Shown: positions 1 to 12,200, counted from the first letter of the stretch. The stretch: DNA of 64,000 nt from an uncultured Gemmatimonadaceae bacterium (GCA_963843845.1 CAWJMB010000002.1:1376001-1440000); one strand, 5' to 3'. The notes: a model not told the origin generated them from the letters alone. Program-made: numbers and translations.

Positions 1-2964
1 TGCCGGCGCTGGACCCGATCCGCGCGCTCGCCGGGAAGGTAGCCGGGCTGCGGATCGCGCAGACGAGCGGACGTCCGGGCTCGACGCCGGAGATCATGCT
101 CCGCGGTCCGACGTCGATCAACGCGGCCGGCCGCGGCCAGGGCCCGCTCATCATCGTGGACGGCGCGATCCTCAACAACGGGTCGCTGCAGGAGATCGGC
201 GGCCTCGACATCGAGTCGGTCGAGGTCGTGAAGGGCGCCGCCGGCGCCTCGCTCTATGGCACGCGCGCCGCCGCCGGCGTCATCACGATCACGACGAAGC
301 GCGGGAACAATGCGAGCGACGGCGTCAAGTTCGACGTCCGCAGCGAGGACGGCATCAGCGACCTGAACTCGATTCGCTACGGCATGCCGCTCAACCACCA
401 GTTGCAGCTCGATGAGACGGGGACGCGGTTCTGCGTTGCCGGTACGTCGAACATCGCCGCGTGCTCGCGCACCGTCGAGTGGGGAAAGGAGATCGCGCGC
501 ATCAACAACGTCGCGGCGGACACGACGCGCACTCCGCAGGCGCTCCAGGGAAACAACGTCGCGGTCGGCGACGGCACGCTGCAAAACCTGTACCAGGCGG
601 CGATCTGGCCGGGGCAGTACTACAATCCGCTCGCGCAGGTGCTGCAGCGGAACCTCGTGACGCTGAACTCGTTGAACGCGACCGGTAAGGTCGCCGGTGT
701 CCGGTTCTACGCGAGCGGGCAGTATCAGGACGATCAGGGTGCCATTCGCGGTCTCAATGGCAACCAGCAGCGGCGCGCGCGCGTCAACCTCGACTACGAT
801 CCGCGCAAGGACCTCACGGTCTCGCTCAGCTCCCTGTACAACCGGGGCACGAACGACACCCGCTCGGGCGGCTCGTCGAATGGCGGCATCTTGGGGCAGG
901 TGCTCCGCGGGGTCGCGATCGGCACCGATTTCGCTGCCCGTGACACGCTCGGGCGCTACTACGTCCGTAGCGGCGGCGCCTTCCTGCGCAGCCCGACGGG
1001 CAACGGCGGCGGCACCATTCTCTACGACTCCGAGAATCTGTCCAGCACGACCGAGTCGGACCGCTTCCTCGGCAGCATCACGACGCGCTACAACCCGCTG
1101 ACGTGGTTCGGCCTCGAAGGGACGTTCGCCTACGACGACCGGAGCTCGGAGAACAAGAACTATCTCGTGAAGGGGTACCGAACGTTCGCCATCTCGACGA
1201 GCTCGAACAACGGGCAGGTGAACTTCTCGAACAATCGCGAGACGTCGATGAACGGCAGCATGCAGGCGACGTTTCGCAAGCAGCTGCTGAGTGACCTGAG
1301 CAGCAAGCTCACCTTCCGCGGCCAGTTCGACGATTACGAAGGGTTCTCGAACGGCAGCGGCGCCGAGGTGCTCACGGTCGCGAACATCTACACCACGTCG
1401 AACAGCACGCAGAACCGCTACGCGACCTCGAGCTCGTCGCAGATCAAGAACGTCGGCTACGTCGGGGCGTTGAACCTCGACTACAAGGATCGGTACACGC
1501 TCGAAGGGTACCTGCGACGGGACGGCAGCTCGCTGTTCGGGCAGCAGCAATCGCTACGCGACGTATGGCCGCGTCTCGGGCGTCTGGCAGTTCTCGAAAG
1601 AGCCGTTCTACAACGTCGGCTTCATCGACGACGCGCGTCTCCGCGCGTCGTACGGCACGGCCGGCAACCCGCCGCGCTTCTCGGCGCAGTACGAGGTCTA
1701 CAACATCAGCTCGGCGGGCGTCATCTCGCTCGGGCAGGCCGGCAACTCGCTCCTCAAGCCCGAGGTGACGGCGGAGGCCGAGGTCGGTCTCGACTTCACG
1801 CTGTTCAATCGCCTCGGCGTCGAGCTCACGCACGCGCGCGGCGAGACGAAGAATCAGATCCTTCCGGTCACGACGCCGGCGTCGCTCGGCTTCACGACCC
1901 AGTGGCAGAACGCCGGGACGCTGCAGAACCGTACGTTCGAGGTCGCGCTGAACCTGCCGATCGTGCAGAAGCAGGACTTGAGCTGGAGCGTGCGCGGGAC
2001 GTGGGACCGCACGCGCACTTACATCACCGAACTGTTCACGCCGGAGTTCTTCAACGACGCAGGCACCGGCCAGGGCACGGGCACGGCGTTCCTCTACACG
2101 GCGCGCACCGACAAGAACAACGGCTTCCAGGTCAACCGCCTCGGCAACATCTGGGGCCGCAAGTTCTACAGGACGTGCGGTGATCTGCCGGCGTCGGTGC
2201 AGTCGCAGTGCGGCGAGGGGCAGGCGTTCCAGCGGAACGACAACGGCTATGTCGTGTGGGTCGGAGAGGGGAACTCGTGGCGCGACGGCATCACGAAGAA
2301 TCTGTGGCAGACGAATCTCTCCGGCGTGAACTCGCCGTGGGGGAACAACGTGCCGCTCTACTTCGGGCATCCGATCGTCGACCGCCCGCTGCGCGGCCAG
2401 CCGAACCAGGGCATCGGCATCAACCAGATCATCGGCAACACGCTGCCTGACTTCCGCTCGCAGCTGTCGAGCAACTTCAGCTACAAGCGTGTCACGCTCT
2501 ACGGGCTGTTCGACGGCACGTTCGGCCACGACATCATCAATCAGGGCGAGGGGTGGGGGCTGCTCGACTTCGGCTCGGGCTACTTCGACATGGGGAACCG
2601 CACGGTCGAGTCGGCGAAGCCGGTCGGCTACAGCTGGCGGTCGGGCCCGAGCGAGAGCACGGGCACGGGCGGGTTCTACGACACGCTGAACCCGAACAAC
2701 TACGTCACCGAAGACGGCTCGTACGTGAAGCTGCGCGAGGTGAGCCTCAGCTACCACGTCGGGCGAGTGCGCGGCGTCGGCGACTTCACGTTCAGTCTGA
2801 TCGGGCGCAATCTGCTGACGATCACGAACTACAGCGGCCTCGATCCCGAGGTCGGTGCGACGGGCGGCAACAATACGACCGGCTCTGGGCTCATCAATCA
2901 GACGGACGCGTTCGGGTTCCCCACGCTGCGTCAGTTCACGTTCGGCATCTCCACGCGCTTCTAG
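1..2964 (+). CDS. SusC/RagA-family TonB-dependent outer-membrane receptor; 5' end lies outside the window; one frameshift near 1540
   Basis: Plug motif PLIIVDG...IESVEVVKGAAGASLYGTRAAAGVITITTKRG, RDGSSLFG, EDGSYVKLREVSLSY, GLDPEV and C-terminal F. ORFs 96..2183 and 1765..2964 join if one G is removed from ttcGGGcagcagcaat (1539-1541), giving FGSSNRYATYGRVSGVW. Confidence 0.93.
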
Positions 2965-2979
2965 GAGCCGACTCCACAC

Positions 2980-4641
2980 ATGCGAAGCTTCATTCGGTAC
3001 GGCGCACTCGCCGCGAGCGTGCTCGCGGCGACCGCCTGCGAACTGCAGGTCGACAACCCCAACTCGCCGGAGACGGCGCGCGTCCTCGCGACGGCGAACG
3101 ACTTCGAAGGGTTCCTCGGCGGCTACTACCGGCGCTGGATGCAGGGGCCGTACAGCTCGCTCGCGAACACCTGGGGGATGATGCTGGTCCAGTCGTTCGA
3201 GAACTATTCCAGCCTCTCGAACAACTGCCTCGGCCAGCGCGTCGGCATCCCGCGCGCGGCGAACGACAACACGCTCGGCAACGGCTGCGCGCCGGAGCAG
3301 GCACGGATGTACACGTACAATGCCGAAGTGCTCCGGGTCGCATCGAGCTCGCTCGCGACGCTCTCGGCGAGCGGCTATTCGCTCGGCGCGACGGCGCGCG
3401 ACGCGCGGGCGACGGCGTTCGCCGAGTTCCTCCGCGGCCTCGCGCTCGGCTACATCGCGATGATCTACGACTCGTCGGCCATCGTCACGCAGGCCACGCC
3501 CGCCCAGGATCCTGGCGAGCTGAGTGGGTACCGCGCGGTCGCCGATTCGGCGCTCGCGGCATTCGAGCGGGCGCAGACGAGCGCGGCAGGGATGACGGCG
3601 GCGTTTCCGATCCCGGCCACGTGGATCTCGTCGGCGACGACGCTCAACGGTCCCGAGTTCATCAAGCTGATTCGCTCGTACAAGGCGCGCATCCGCGCGG
3701 GCATCGCGCGCACGCCGGCTGAACGGGCTGCGGTGAACTGGGATGCGGTGATCGCCGACGCGCAGAACGGCATCACGGCCGATCACCAGCTCATCACGAG
3801 CACGGTGAACGGGCCGTCGAACTCGTGGCTCGCGCAGCTCTACACGTACAGCACCTGGCATCAGATGACGCCGTTCGTCATCGGCATGGGCGACGTGTCC
3901 GGGTCGTACGCGTCCTGGATCGCGCAGCCGCTCGCCGAGCGTGGGTCTGGCGGTGCGTTCTTCATGGTGACGCCGGACCTGCGATTCCCGCAGGGGACGA
4001 CGCGCGCGGCGCAGCAGGCCGACTTCGCGATCACGTCGTGTCAGGCGGCGAATCAGGTGTGCAAGCGATACTTCGTGAACCGGCCGGCGGGGAACGACCC
4101 GGCCGGCGGCAATGCGTGGGGATTCTCGAACTACGACCACGCGCGCTTCTACTCCTGGTACCTCAGCGGCGACGGTTCGAACGGCGCGCGCAACGGTCCG
4201 CTCGTGTTCTTCACGAAGGCCGAACTGGACATGCTCCAGGCCGAGGGGCAGTATCGGAAGGGGAATTTCTCCGCTGCGGCGGCGCTCATCAACGTGACGC
4301 GGACACGGAACGGACTGCCGGCGATCACGGCGTTCGACGCCACGACGCCGGTGCCGGGTGGAACGGAATGCGTTCCGAAGGTGCCGGTCGGGCCGACGTT
4401 CACCACGATCGCCTGCGGCAACATGTTCGAGGCGCTGAAGTGGGAGAAGCGCATGGAGACGGCGTACACGCACTTCGGCGCGTGGTGGTTCGACTCGCGG
4501 GGGTGGGGTGACCTGCCGCAGGGAACGGGGCTCGAGTGGGCGACGCCGGTCTCCGACCTTCAGGTCCGCGGCAAGCCGATCTACAGCCTGGGCGGCGGCA
4601 CGAACCCGAGCTCGGCGCCCCGGGGCACGTACGGCTGGTAA
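2980..4641 (+). CDS. SusD/RagB-family surface lipoprotein
   Basis: Lipobox AATAC, directly after susC with GGAG upstream; AELDMLQAE, INVTRTRNGLP and EKRMETAYTHFGAWWFDSRGWG are typical of the SusD C-terminus. Confidence 0.88.
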   Translation: MRSFIRYGALAASVLAATACELQVDNPNSPETARVLATANDFEGFLGGYYRRWMQGPYSSLANTWGMMLVQSFENYSSLSNNCLGQRVGIPRAANDNTLGNGCAPEQARMYTYNAEVLRVASSSLATLSASGYSLGATARDARATAFAEFLRGLALGYIAMIYDSSAIVTQATPAQDPGELSGYRAVADSALAAFERAQTSAAGMTAAFPIPATWISSATTLNGPEFIKLIRSYKARIRAGIARTPAERAAVNWDAVIADAQNGITADHQLITSTVNGPSNSWLAQLYTYSTWHQMTPFVIGMGDVSGSYASWIAQPLAERGSGGAFFMVTPDLRFPQGTTRAAQQADFAITSCQAANQVCKRYFVNRPAGNDPAGGNAWGFSNYDHARFYSWYLSGDGSNGARNGPLVFFTKAELDMLQAEGQYRKGNFSAAAALINVTRTRNGLPAITAFDATTPVPGGTECVPKVPVGPTFTTIACGNMFEALKWEKRMETAYTHFGAWWFDSRGWGDLPQGTGLEWATPVSDLQVRGKPIYSLGGGTNPSSAPRGTYGW

Positions 4642-4647
4642 CGGACC

Positions 4648-5121
4648 GTGCGACGCACGCGCGCAGGCGCCGTCATGCTACTCGCCACCGCCTCGACAGG
4701 GTGTTACGCCCTGCAGCCGGTGGCGAGCGCCACGGCCGTCGCGGAGAACTCGGCGGTCGCGTTCGACATCACAGACGCAGGGCGTGTGGCGCTGACCGGG
4801 CCTGTCGGTCCGTCGGTGACACAGGTCCAGGGACGTCTGGTGCGGCGTTCGGCCGATGAGTACGTGGTGGCAGCGTCCGAGGTGCACTTCATCGGCGGCG
4901 GCACGCAGGTGTGGACCGGCGAGCCGATCGTTCTGCGGGCGGATCACATCGCTCGAGCGTACAGCCGACAGTTCTCGAAATCACGCACGCTCATCGCCAG
5001 CGCGCTCGGCGTCGGCGCCGCGGTAGTGATCGCGACGCAGGGTGTCATCGGCGGTGGCGATCCGCCGAGCCGCGTGGAGGTGCCCGACAGCGTGGCGTCG
5101 TCACGCGGTCGGCGCCCGTGA
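4648..5121 (+). CDS. Hypothetical lipoprotein in the SusCD operon
   Basis: Lipobox-like ASTGC-Y, C-terminal hydrophobic segment, starts 6 nt after the susD stop. Confidence 0.7.
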   Translation: MRRTRAGAVMLLATASTGCYALQPVASATAVAENSAVAFDITDAGRVALTGPVGPSVTQVQGRLVRRSADEYVVAASEVHFIGGGTQVWTGEPIVLRADHIARAYSRQFSKSRTLIASALGVGAAVVIATQGVIGGGDPPSRVEVPDSVASSRGRRP

Positions 5122-5171
5122 GTCGCACAGTCCCCTCTCCTTCCCTTTGTAACTCTCCTTCCGTGTCACAT

Positions 5172-6053
5172 ATGCATCGTTCCTCGAAGGTCGCCGCGCT
5201 CTGCGCGCTCGCCGTGACGGCGAGCGCGTGCAGTCAGGACGAGGTCATCCAGACGGAGAACATCCCGACCGCCGGCGTGCGGTTCATCAATGCGGTGCCT
5301 GACAGCTCAGGCGGCAAGGGGATGGATCTGCGCTTCGTCGACATCGTCGAGAACAACGCGCATTTCAACGTGCCGTTCCGCGGAAACATCGTGACGACCG
5401 GCGGTGTCCCTGCGTCGACGCTCATCGAGTTCCGGGGCGCGCGCGCCGGCCAGCGGCGGTTCCGCATCTTCCTGTCGGACTCGATCCAGAGCATCGCGTC
5501 GACGGTCGTGAAGGACACGACCGTCACGCTCGAAGCGGGCAAGCTGTACACCGCGCTTCTCTGGGGAAATGCCCGCACCGCGCCTGCGCTCCGACTCACC
5601 TTCCGCGAGGAAACGCCGCCGGACCCCGGCGCAGGCAACGTCGCACTGCGCGTCATCAACGCCACGGGGAGCGCGATCGACGTTCGGTCGTACCTGTCCA
5701 CGGCGACGCTTCCGGCGACTGCGAATTTCGCCAACGTCGGACCGCTCACGACGACGAGCTGGATCACCGTCCCGGCCAGCACGCTCGGAACGACGACCTA
5801 CCGATTCAACGTGCAGCCTGCAGGTGGTGGGACGGCGCTGTTCGCCGACGCGACGGCGCTGCCGGGTCAGGCGGCGACGGTCGACATCGAGGCGACGCCC
5901 GGGACTAGCGTCGCGGGGTCGGCAGTGACGGCGATCATCTTCCCACGCTCGACGGTGGGCGCACGGACGCCGCAGACGGCGGCCTTCCAGGTGCCGGCGA
6001 TCTCGTTCGTCTGGGACCGCCGCCCGCCGCGTACCTGCTCGCCGCTCTGCTAG
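5172..6053 (+). CDS. DUF4397-like lipoprotein
   Basis: ATG at 5172, lipobox TASAC, two beta-rich repeats VRFINAVPD and LRVINATGS characteristic of DUF4397. Confidence 0.75.
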   Translation: MHRSSKVAALCALAVTASACSQDEVIQTENIPTAGVRFINAVPDSSGGKGMDLRFVDIVENNAHFNVPFRGNIVTTGGVPASTLIEFRGARAGQRRFRIFLSDSIQSIASTVVKDTTVTLEAGKLYTALLWGNARTAPALRLTFREETPPDPGAGNVALRVINATGSAIDVRSYLSTATLPATANFANVGPLTTTSWITVPASTLGTTTYRFNVQPAGGGTALFADATALPGQAATVDIEATPGTSVAGSAVTAIIFPRSTVGARTPQTAAFQVPAISFVWDRRPPRTCSPLC

Positions 6054-6084
6054 CCGTCATGCCGGATGGGTAGGTTCGACGCAT

Positions 6085-6118
6085 CGAAAGCTCGTCCGGC
6101 CCTCTGGACGAGCTTTCG
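6085..6118 (+). terminator. Stem-loop, probable intrinsic terminator after the SusCD1 operon
   Basis: Perfect 13-bp inverted repeat CGAAAGCTCGTCC / GGACGAGCTTTCG with an 8-nt loop; U-tail is weak. Confidence 0.65.
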
Positions 6119-6168
6119 TGCCTCCGAGACACGCGGGTTCTGTCGTTCACCTCTCGAGGACTCTCGTC

Positions 6169-6639
6169 ATGCGAATCCGATCCATGCTCGCGCTCATCAC
6201 GATCGTGCTCGCGGGCGCGTTCACAGACGCCCAGGCGCAGGACAAGAAGAAAGGGGCGCGCGATCTGATCACCCGCGATGAGCTGATGGAGACGTTCGGC
6301 CAGCGCACCATGATGGAGGCGATCTACGCGCTCCGTCCGAGGTTTCTCCAGGGGCGGCAGGGCGTGAGATCGATCGGCGCGCAGACGGGGCGAGGGGGAG
6401 CGACGGTCGTCCCGATCGCCGTGGTACTCGACGGGCGTGTGCTCGGTGAGGTCGACGTGCTGCGCAACATCATGGTCGTGAACGTCGAGGAGGCGCGGTA
6501 CTACGAGCCGAACAAGGCGGGCAACGAATTCGGCAACGTGGCGCAAGGCGGGGCCATCGTACTGAAGACGTTCAAGCCGAAGTCCGGCGCGACGCTCATC
6601 GTGAAGGACGACACGACCTCGATCGGTCGCCTACGCTGA
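6169..6639 (+). CDS. Secreted stand-alone TonB-plug-like protein (no barrel)
   Basis: Signal peptide ending AQA; LITRDEL, IAVVLDG, VEEARYY and GGAIVLKT mirror the plug motifs of SusC; GAGGA upstream. Confidence 0.65.
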   Translation: MRIRSMLALITIVLAGAFTDAQAQDKKKGARDLITRDELMETFGQRTMMEAIYALRPRFLQGRQGVRSIGAQTGRGGATVVPIAVVLDGRVLGEVDVLRNIMVVNVEEARYYEPNKAGNEFGNVAQGGAIVLKTFKPKSGATLIVKDDTTSIGRLR

Positions 6640-6658
6640 GACCGCGCGCCGAACCGTC

Positions 6659-7741
6659 ATGAAGGGCTCGGCGAGCCGACGCACGACCCGGGCGCCCGCG
6701 ATCCTATCGCCGGCGCTCGACCTGCTGTGTGTCGGAGGACTGTCGCTCATCGTGTTCATTCCGATGCTGCTGAGCGGACGCTCCGACCTCGTGCTCGTCG
6801 GCGCGGGGACGCAGGCGTGGTTGGCGACAGTCATCAACATGCCGCACTTCGTCGCGTCGTACCGGATCATCTACCGCAGCAAGGCGATGATCCTCCGGCA
6901 CAAGTGGGCGTCGATCTACATCCCCGTGCTGCTCGTCGCGTACTCGACGTTCGCGATGCTGCAGGCGGGCGAGTCCGGTGCACTCGTCATCGTGCTGATC
7001 GCGGTGGCGAGCGCCTACCTGGCCTGGCACTACACGGGGCAGGTATGGGGGATGATGGCGTCGTACGCGTACCTCGAAGGCGTGCGCTTCGAGCCTGTCG
7101 AGAAACGACTCGTTCGCACGAGTCTGCGCATCCTGCTCGTCTGGCATCTGACGTGGTTCCTCTACACGCAGATGCGGCGGCCGGACCAGGTGCGGCCCCT
7201 CTACGTCCTGGCGAGCGCCGGGACGATCGTCGCGTTCTTGCTCGGCGTCTGGGGGCTGGCCAAGCTCCGTCGTCGGACGGGCGTGCTCCCGCCGACGCGT
7301 GCGCTCGTCGCCTGGCTGTCCATCTTCGTGTGGTATGCCATGCTGGCGCGGGACCCGAAGGCGCTGTTCTGGATCCAGGCGGCGCACGCGCTGCAGTACC
7401 TCGCGTTCCCGATCCGCGTCGAGATGAATCGAACGTCGTCGGCGGCAGCGAAGTCGGCGGGGAGCTTCGTGCTCCGGATGTTCGCGTACGGCGGCGGCCT
7501 CCTCGCGATCAGCTACGTGCTGAGCCACGTGCTCCCGGGCACCGTGATGAGCACCGTCGGCGACATGTTCGGCGAGGAGCCGGGGAAAGCGGCGCCGATC
7601 CTGATCCTGATGATCATCAACATCCACCACTACTTCACGGACGGTGTGGTGTGGAAGATCAGCAATCCGGAGGTGCGCAGGGAGCTGTTCGCGCACGTGC
7701 CGGCGCCGCCCTTCGTGAAGCCGGCGAAACCCGTCGCGTAG
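6659..7741 (+). CDS. Multi-pass membrane protein with four His motifs, function unknown
   Basis: About 9-10 hydrophobic segments; motifs NMPHF, WHYTGQ, HALQY, IHHYFTDGVVWK. Confidence 0.75.
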   Translation: MKGSASRRTTRAPAILSPALDLLCVGGLSLIVFIPMLLSGRSDLVLVGAGTQAWLATVINMPHFVASYRIIYRSKAMILRHKWASIYIPVLLVAYSTFAMLQAGESGALVIVLIAVASAYLAWHYTGQVWGMMASYAYLEGVRFEPVEKRLVRTSLRILLVWHLTWFLYTQMRRPDQVRPLYVLASAGTIVAFLLGVWGLAKLRRRTGVLPPTRALVAWLSIFVWYAMLARDPKALFWIQAAHALQYLAFPIRVEMNRTSSAAAKSAGSFVLRMFAYGGGLLAISYVLSHVLPGTVMSTVGDMFGEEPGKAAPILILMIINIHHYFTDGVVWKISNPEVRRELFAHVPAPPFVKPAKPVA

Positions 7742-7755
7742 GCGACGCTCGCGGG

Positions 7756-9129
7756 TCACCTGAAGGCGTTCTTCATCCAGATGACGGCGACGCCGCAGGC
7801 GCCGGTGATCACGCTGCGCGAGGTGAACTCGGCCGGCACGGTGGAGCCGCGTGGGTAGGCCTCGACGGCGGCGATGTCCGCGGGGTTGATCGTGCTGAGC
7901 CACTCCTGGTCGCTCGGTAGACCGTCGATGAAGATCTGTGCGTTGCACCACTGCCCGGACGGCGTCTTCATGAGGAGGCGGAACTGCGTCGCGGAGCGCT
8001 GCACGAGGGTCGCCGGGAACTGGTCGAAGACGGAGCTCAGCAGCCCGTGCGGATTGATCTGCGACGAGTCGCGCATGTAGCCGAGCCCGATGCGGCGCCG
8101 CTCGAAGAGCGCCTCGGCGAGGCGTCGTGCGCGCGGAGAGCCCGTGACGCGGACGACGTCGAGCATCTGGATCGGCTCGAGCTGCGCGGCGAACCGCGTG
8201 GTGTCGCCCGCAGTCACGTCGACGACCGACGCGGCGGGGGACATGCCGATCGCGAACGCCTCGATCTGGCGAGAGCCGGTCGCGATGTTGCGCGCGACGA
8301 ATCGGCCGCGGTCGTCGGTGCGGAACTCGAGCGAATCCCCCTCGATGAAGACGCGGGCGTTCGCGATCGGCACGCCGCCGGGCCGGGTGACCTGTCCGAC
8401 GACGAGGCCGGCGCGTGGGGCGCCGTGAGAGGGCACCTGCGAGATCGCGAAGTCGCGACGTTGCACGGGCAGATCGCTGGAGATCATCTCGATGACGCCA
8501 CTGTCGCCGGAGTCGGCGCTCGCCTGCATGCGGAGGCCGAGGCCCACGGGGACGCCGCAGATGGCGTAGCCGCCGTCGGCGTTCGTGCGGCCGGCCCCGG
8601 CGAACTGCTGCATGTTCACGCTGCGCCCCTTCTTCACGTCGAGCGCCAGCCACGTGACGCCGACGACTGCGTTCGCGATCGGCCGCCGGGACTCCGCGCC
8701 GACGACCGTGCCGTAGACGAAGCCGCTGTCCTTCGACGCCTTTCCGCGGCAGGCGACGCTCCACATGCTGGCGAACGACGGCGTGGCGATGCGTAGCTCG
8801 CGGAGTTCGCCCGCCGGGTCACCGACCCGCACACGCGCGGCGAGTCCGGAGAATCCGAGCGAATCGAGTGTGGCGTGTTGGACCGACACGACGTGCTCGC
8901 CGACGCTCACGCTGTCGAACTGAAAGCGTCCGCGAGCGTCGCTCTCCGCGCTGCGGCCGCCGTCGAGCGTGACGAACGCGTTGCTCAGCGGGCGGCCGCG
9001 TACGCTATCGTAGGCCACGCCGCGCAGCACGGTGGGCGCGGCTTGCGCCGACTGCCCCGCCGCCCGCCCGAGCGGCACCGAGGAGAGCGCGGCCGCGAGG
9101 CAGTAGCCCGAACGACGAACTTGGCGCAT
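7756..9129 (-). CDS. Secreted protein with CarboxypepD_reg-like repeats and a C-terminal plug-like domain
   Basis: Signal peptide; three beta-sandwich repeats (G.V...RP(L/I).NA.V...G.F/Y); C-terminal CNAQIFIDG...IAAVEAY...PAEF...CGVAVIW. Confidence 0.75.
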   Translation of the reverse strand: MRQVRRSGYCLAAALSSVPLGRAAGQSAQAAPTVLRGVAYDSVRGRPLSNAFVTLDGGRSAESDARGRFQFDSVSVGEHVVSVQHATLDSLGFSGLAARVRVGDPAGELRELRIATPSFASMWSVACRGKASKDSGFVYGTVVGAESRRPIANAVVGVTWLALDVKKGRSVNMQQFAGAGRTNADGGYAICGVPVGLGLRMQASADSGDSGVIEMISSDLPVQRRDFAISQVPSHGAPRAGLVVGQVTRPGGVPIANARVFIEGDSLEFRTDDRGRFVARNIATGSRQIEAFAIGMSPAASVVDVTAGDTTRFAAQLEPIQMLDVVRVTGSPRARRLAEALFERRRIGLGYMRDSSQINPHGLLSSVFDQFPATLVQRSATQFRLLMKTPSGQWCNAQIFIDGLPSDQEWLSTINPADIAAVEAYPRGSTVPAEFTSRSVITGACGVAVIWMKNAFR

Positions 9130-9265
9130 GACGACAGTCGCTGAACGTGGGACAGCGAGGCAGCACGGCGAGATCGGGCAGCGTGCGACGATGCGGCGCC
9201 GCGAGCGTGTGTACCGCGATCGCTAAATTGAAGTTCCCACCGCAGCCTGCCTCGACCCACGGTTC

Positions 9266-12200
9266 ATGCACTCTCGCCGCCGAACTGCTCTCACGATCGT
9301 CGCGCTCGCAGGAGCGTCCGGAGTCGCTGCATGCGGTCGAGATCGGGCGCCGGCGCCGTGGCACGACGAGGCCGGGCACCGGTGGCGGGAGCTCGCAGTG
9401 AACGGTGGCGCGCCGGGCTTCACGCCGATGCAGGCGCGGTCGACGGGCGTGCGCTTCCAGAACGACGTCAGCGACTCGGTGCTGCTCGGCAACCGCATCC
9501 TCGGGCAGGGGGCGGGGGTGGCGTTAGGCGACGTCGACGGTGACGGACGCGTCGACGTCTTCCTCGCGCGGACCGAAGGGTGTAGCGCACTCTATCGCAA
9601 CGAGGGCGCGTGGAAGTTCGAGGACGTCACGCGGGTGGCGGGCGTCGGAGCCTGTGGGCGTCACGCGAGCGGCGCGGCGTTCGCGGACATCGACGGCGAC
9701 CGTGACCTCGACCTCGTGCTGCTGGCGACGACGGGGCCGAACGCGATATTCACGAACGACGGACGCGGACGATTCACCGAGCGGCGCGACCTCGGGCTCG
9801 ACTCGACGGGGCGCGGCGGTACGACGATCACGATGGCCGACGTCGACGGCGACGGGCGGCTCGATCTGTACGTCGCGAACTACAAGGCGTACAGCCCGGT
9901 CGACACGCTGTCGCCGCAGCAACGCGCGACCAGTCAGCTCGTCCGGCAGACGGGCCCGGATCGGTACGAGGTCATGCCGGAGCGCGCCAACGACTTCAAG
10001 CTCGTGATGCGCCCCGACATGGGCGGCATGAATGTGACGATGCGCGCCGAGCCGGACGATTTCTATCGAAACGTCGGGGGGCGCTTCGCGCGCGAGCCGC
10101 TGACGTCGGCGCGGTTCCGCGATGCGGCTGGCAATCCGCTCGCGAGCGAGCCCGAGTCGTTCGGGCTCGGCGCGAAGTTCGTGGACCTGAACGGCGACGG
10201 CGCGCCCGACCTCTACGTCGCGAACGACTTCGAGGACACCGACGAACTGTGGTGGAACGACGGACGCGGCAACTTCCGCCTCGCCGACTGGACCGCCCAG
10301 CGGCAGATCAGCAACTCCGCGATGGGCGTCGACGTCGCCGACGTGAACGGCGACGGACTGCCGGACATGTTCGAAGTCGACATGCTGAGCAACGACAGTC
10401 GGCGGCTGAAGACGCAGATGCCGACGCACACGGCACTGCCGAAGCAGCCTGGCGACCTCACCACACAGCTGCAGCAGCAGCGGAACACGCTGTTCGTGAA
10501 TCGAGGCGACGGCACGTTCGCGGAGGTCGCGCAGATGGCCGGGGTCGGCGCGAGCGGCTGGTCGTGGGGCGCGATGTTCATCGACGTCGACCTCGACGGA
10601 TGGCAGGACATCCTCATCGCGAACGGCCATCTGTGGGACATCATGGACGCGGACGTACAGGAGCGGATCCAGAACCGGCTCACGAATGTGTCGTGGCAGC
10701 GCGAGCGGTGGGAGTTCCCGACGTTGAAGCTGACGAACGTCGCGTTTCGCAACCGCGGCGCACCGAGCCCCGGCGGGGCGCCGACGTTCGAGGACGTGAG
10801 CGCGACCTGGCAGTTCGGGGTCGACGGCGACTATTCACACGGCCTCGCTGCGGCCGACCTGGACGGCGACGGCGATCAGGACGTGGTCGTCAACCGACTG
10901 CGCGCGCCGGCGCTGCTGCTGCGCAACGATGCGCGCGCGCCGCGGGTCGCGGTACGCCTGATCGGCGCGGGACAGAACACGCGCGCGGTCGGCGCGACCG
11001 TACGACTGTTGAACGGTGCGACGCCGGTCCAGTCGCGCGAGGTGACAGTCGGCGGGCTGTATCTGTCGCACAGTGACTTCGGACTGTCGTTCGCGGCCGG
11101 ACGATCGGACAGTGCGACGCTGGTCGTCGACTGGCGTGGCGGCGGGCGGACGACGATTCACGGCGTGCGGCCGAACCGCGAGTACGAGATCACCGAGCCG
11201 CGTGGCGGGGCGCCCGCGGCGAGCGCCGCCGCCGCCTCGACGGTCGCCGCGCCGCCGAGCAGTCGTGGCGCCGCGGCGCTGTGCGGCCGCGCGTCGTGCC
11301 CGCTGTTCGAGGACGCGACCGCGCTGCTCGGCGGACACCTGCACACAGAGGCGCCGTTCGACGACTGGGAGCGGCAGTTCCTGCTGCCGAATGCGTTGTC
11401 GCAGCTCGGGCCGGGCGTATCGTGGATCGACTACGATCGCGACGGCGACGACGATCTCATCGTCGGCGCGGGGCGCGGTGGGTCGTTGGGGGTGTTCCGC
11501 AACGAGGGTGGGCGACTGATCGCGGTCGCTGGTCCGACCATGATCGCCGACGCGACGACGGTCCTCGGCCTTCCGTCGCCGACGGGGACGCGGCTCGTCG
11601 TCGGTGTGTCGAGCTGGGAAGTCGAGAGTGCACCGTCGGCGGCGGTCCTCTCGCCAGGCAGGGGCGCCGCCCTGGTGCCGCTCCTGCCGCCGCAGAGCGC
11701 GGCGTCGGGCCCGCTCGCGCTCGGCGACTACGACGGCGACGGGGACCTCGATCTGTTCGTCGGCGGGCGCGCGGTTCCGGGAGCGTACCCGGCGGCCGCC
11801 TCGTCGTCGCTCTGGCGCAACGAGGCGGCACCCGGCGCGCCGCAGCAGCGGCAGTTCGTTCGCGACTCGGCGCGGTCGGCAGCGCTCGCCGACATCGGCC
11901 TCGTCTCCGCGGCGAGCTTCGCGGACGTCGATGGCGACGGTCGCGCGGACCTCGTGCTCGCACGCGAGTGGGACGCGATCGCGCTGCTGCTCAACCGCGA
12001 TGACCGGTTCGAGCTGGCGCCGGCCTCGTGGGGGCTCGCGCGCTGGACGGGGCGCTGGAACGGCGTCGCGACGGGGGACCTCGACGGAGATGGGCGGCTG
12101 GATCTCGTGGCCACCGGCTGGGGACGCAACACGATGACGCCGACCGACAGCGCGCGGCCGCTCGTGCTCTTCCACGGCAGGTTCGGCGCCGGCGGTGAGG

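Noticed and set aside
1535..1550. Programmed frameshift or phase variation in susC1
   Set aside because: A single extra G in a 3-G run with no slippery heptamer or long tract, matching the indel error pattern elsewhere.
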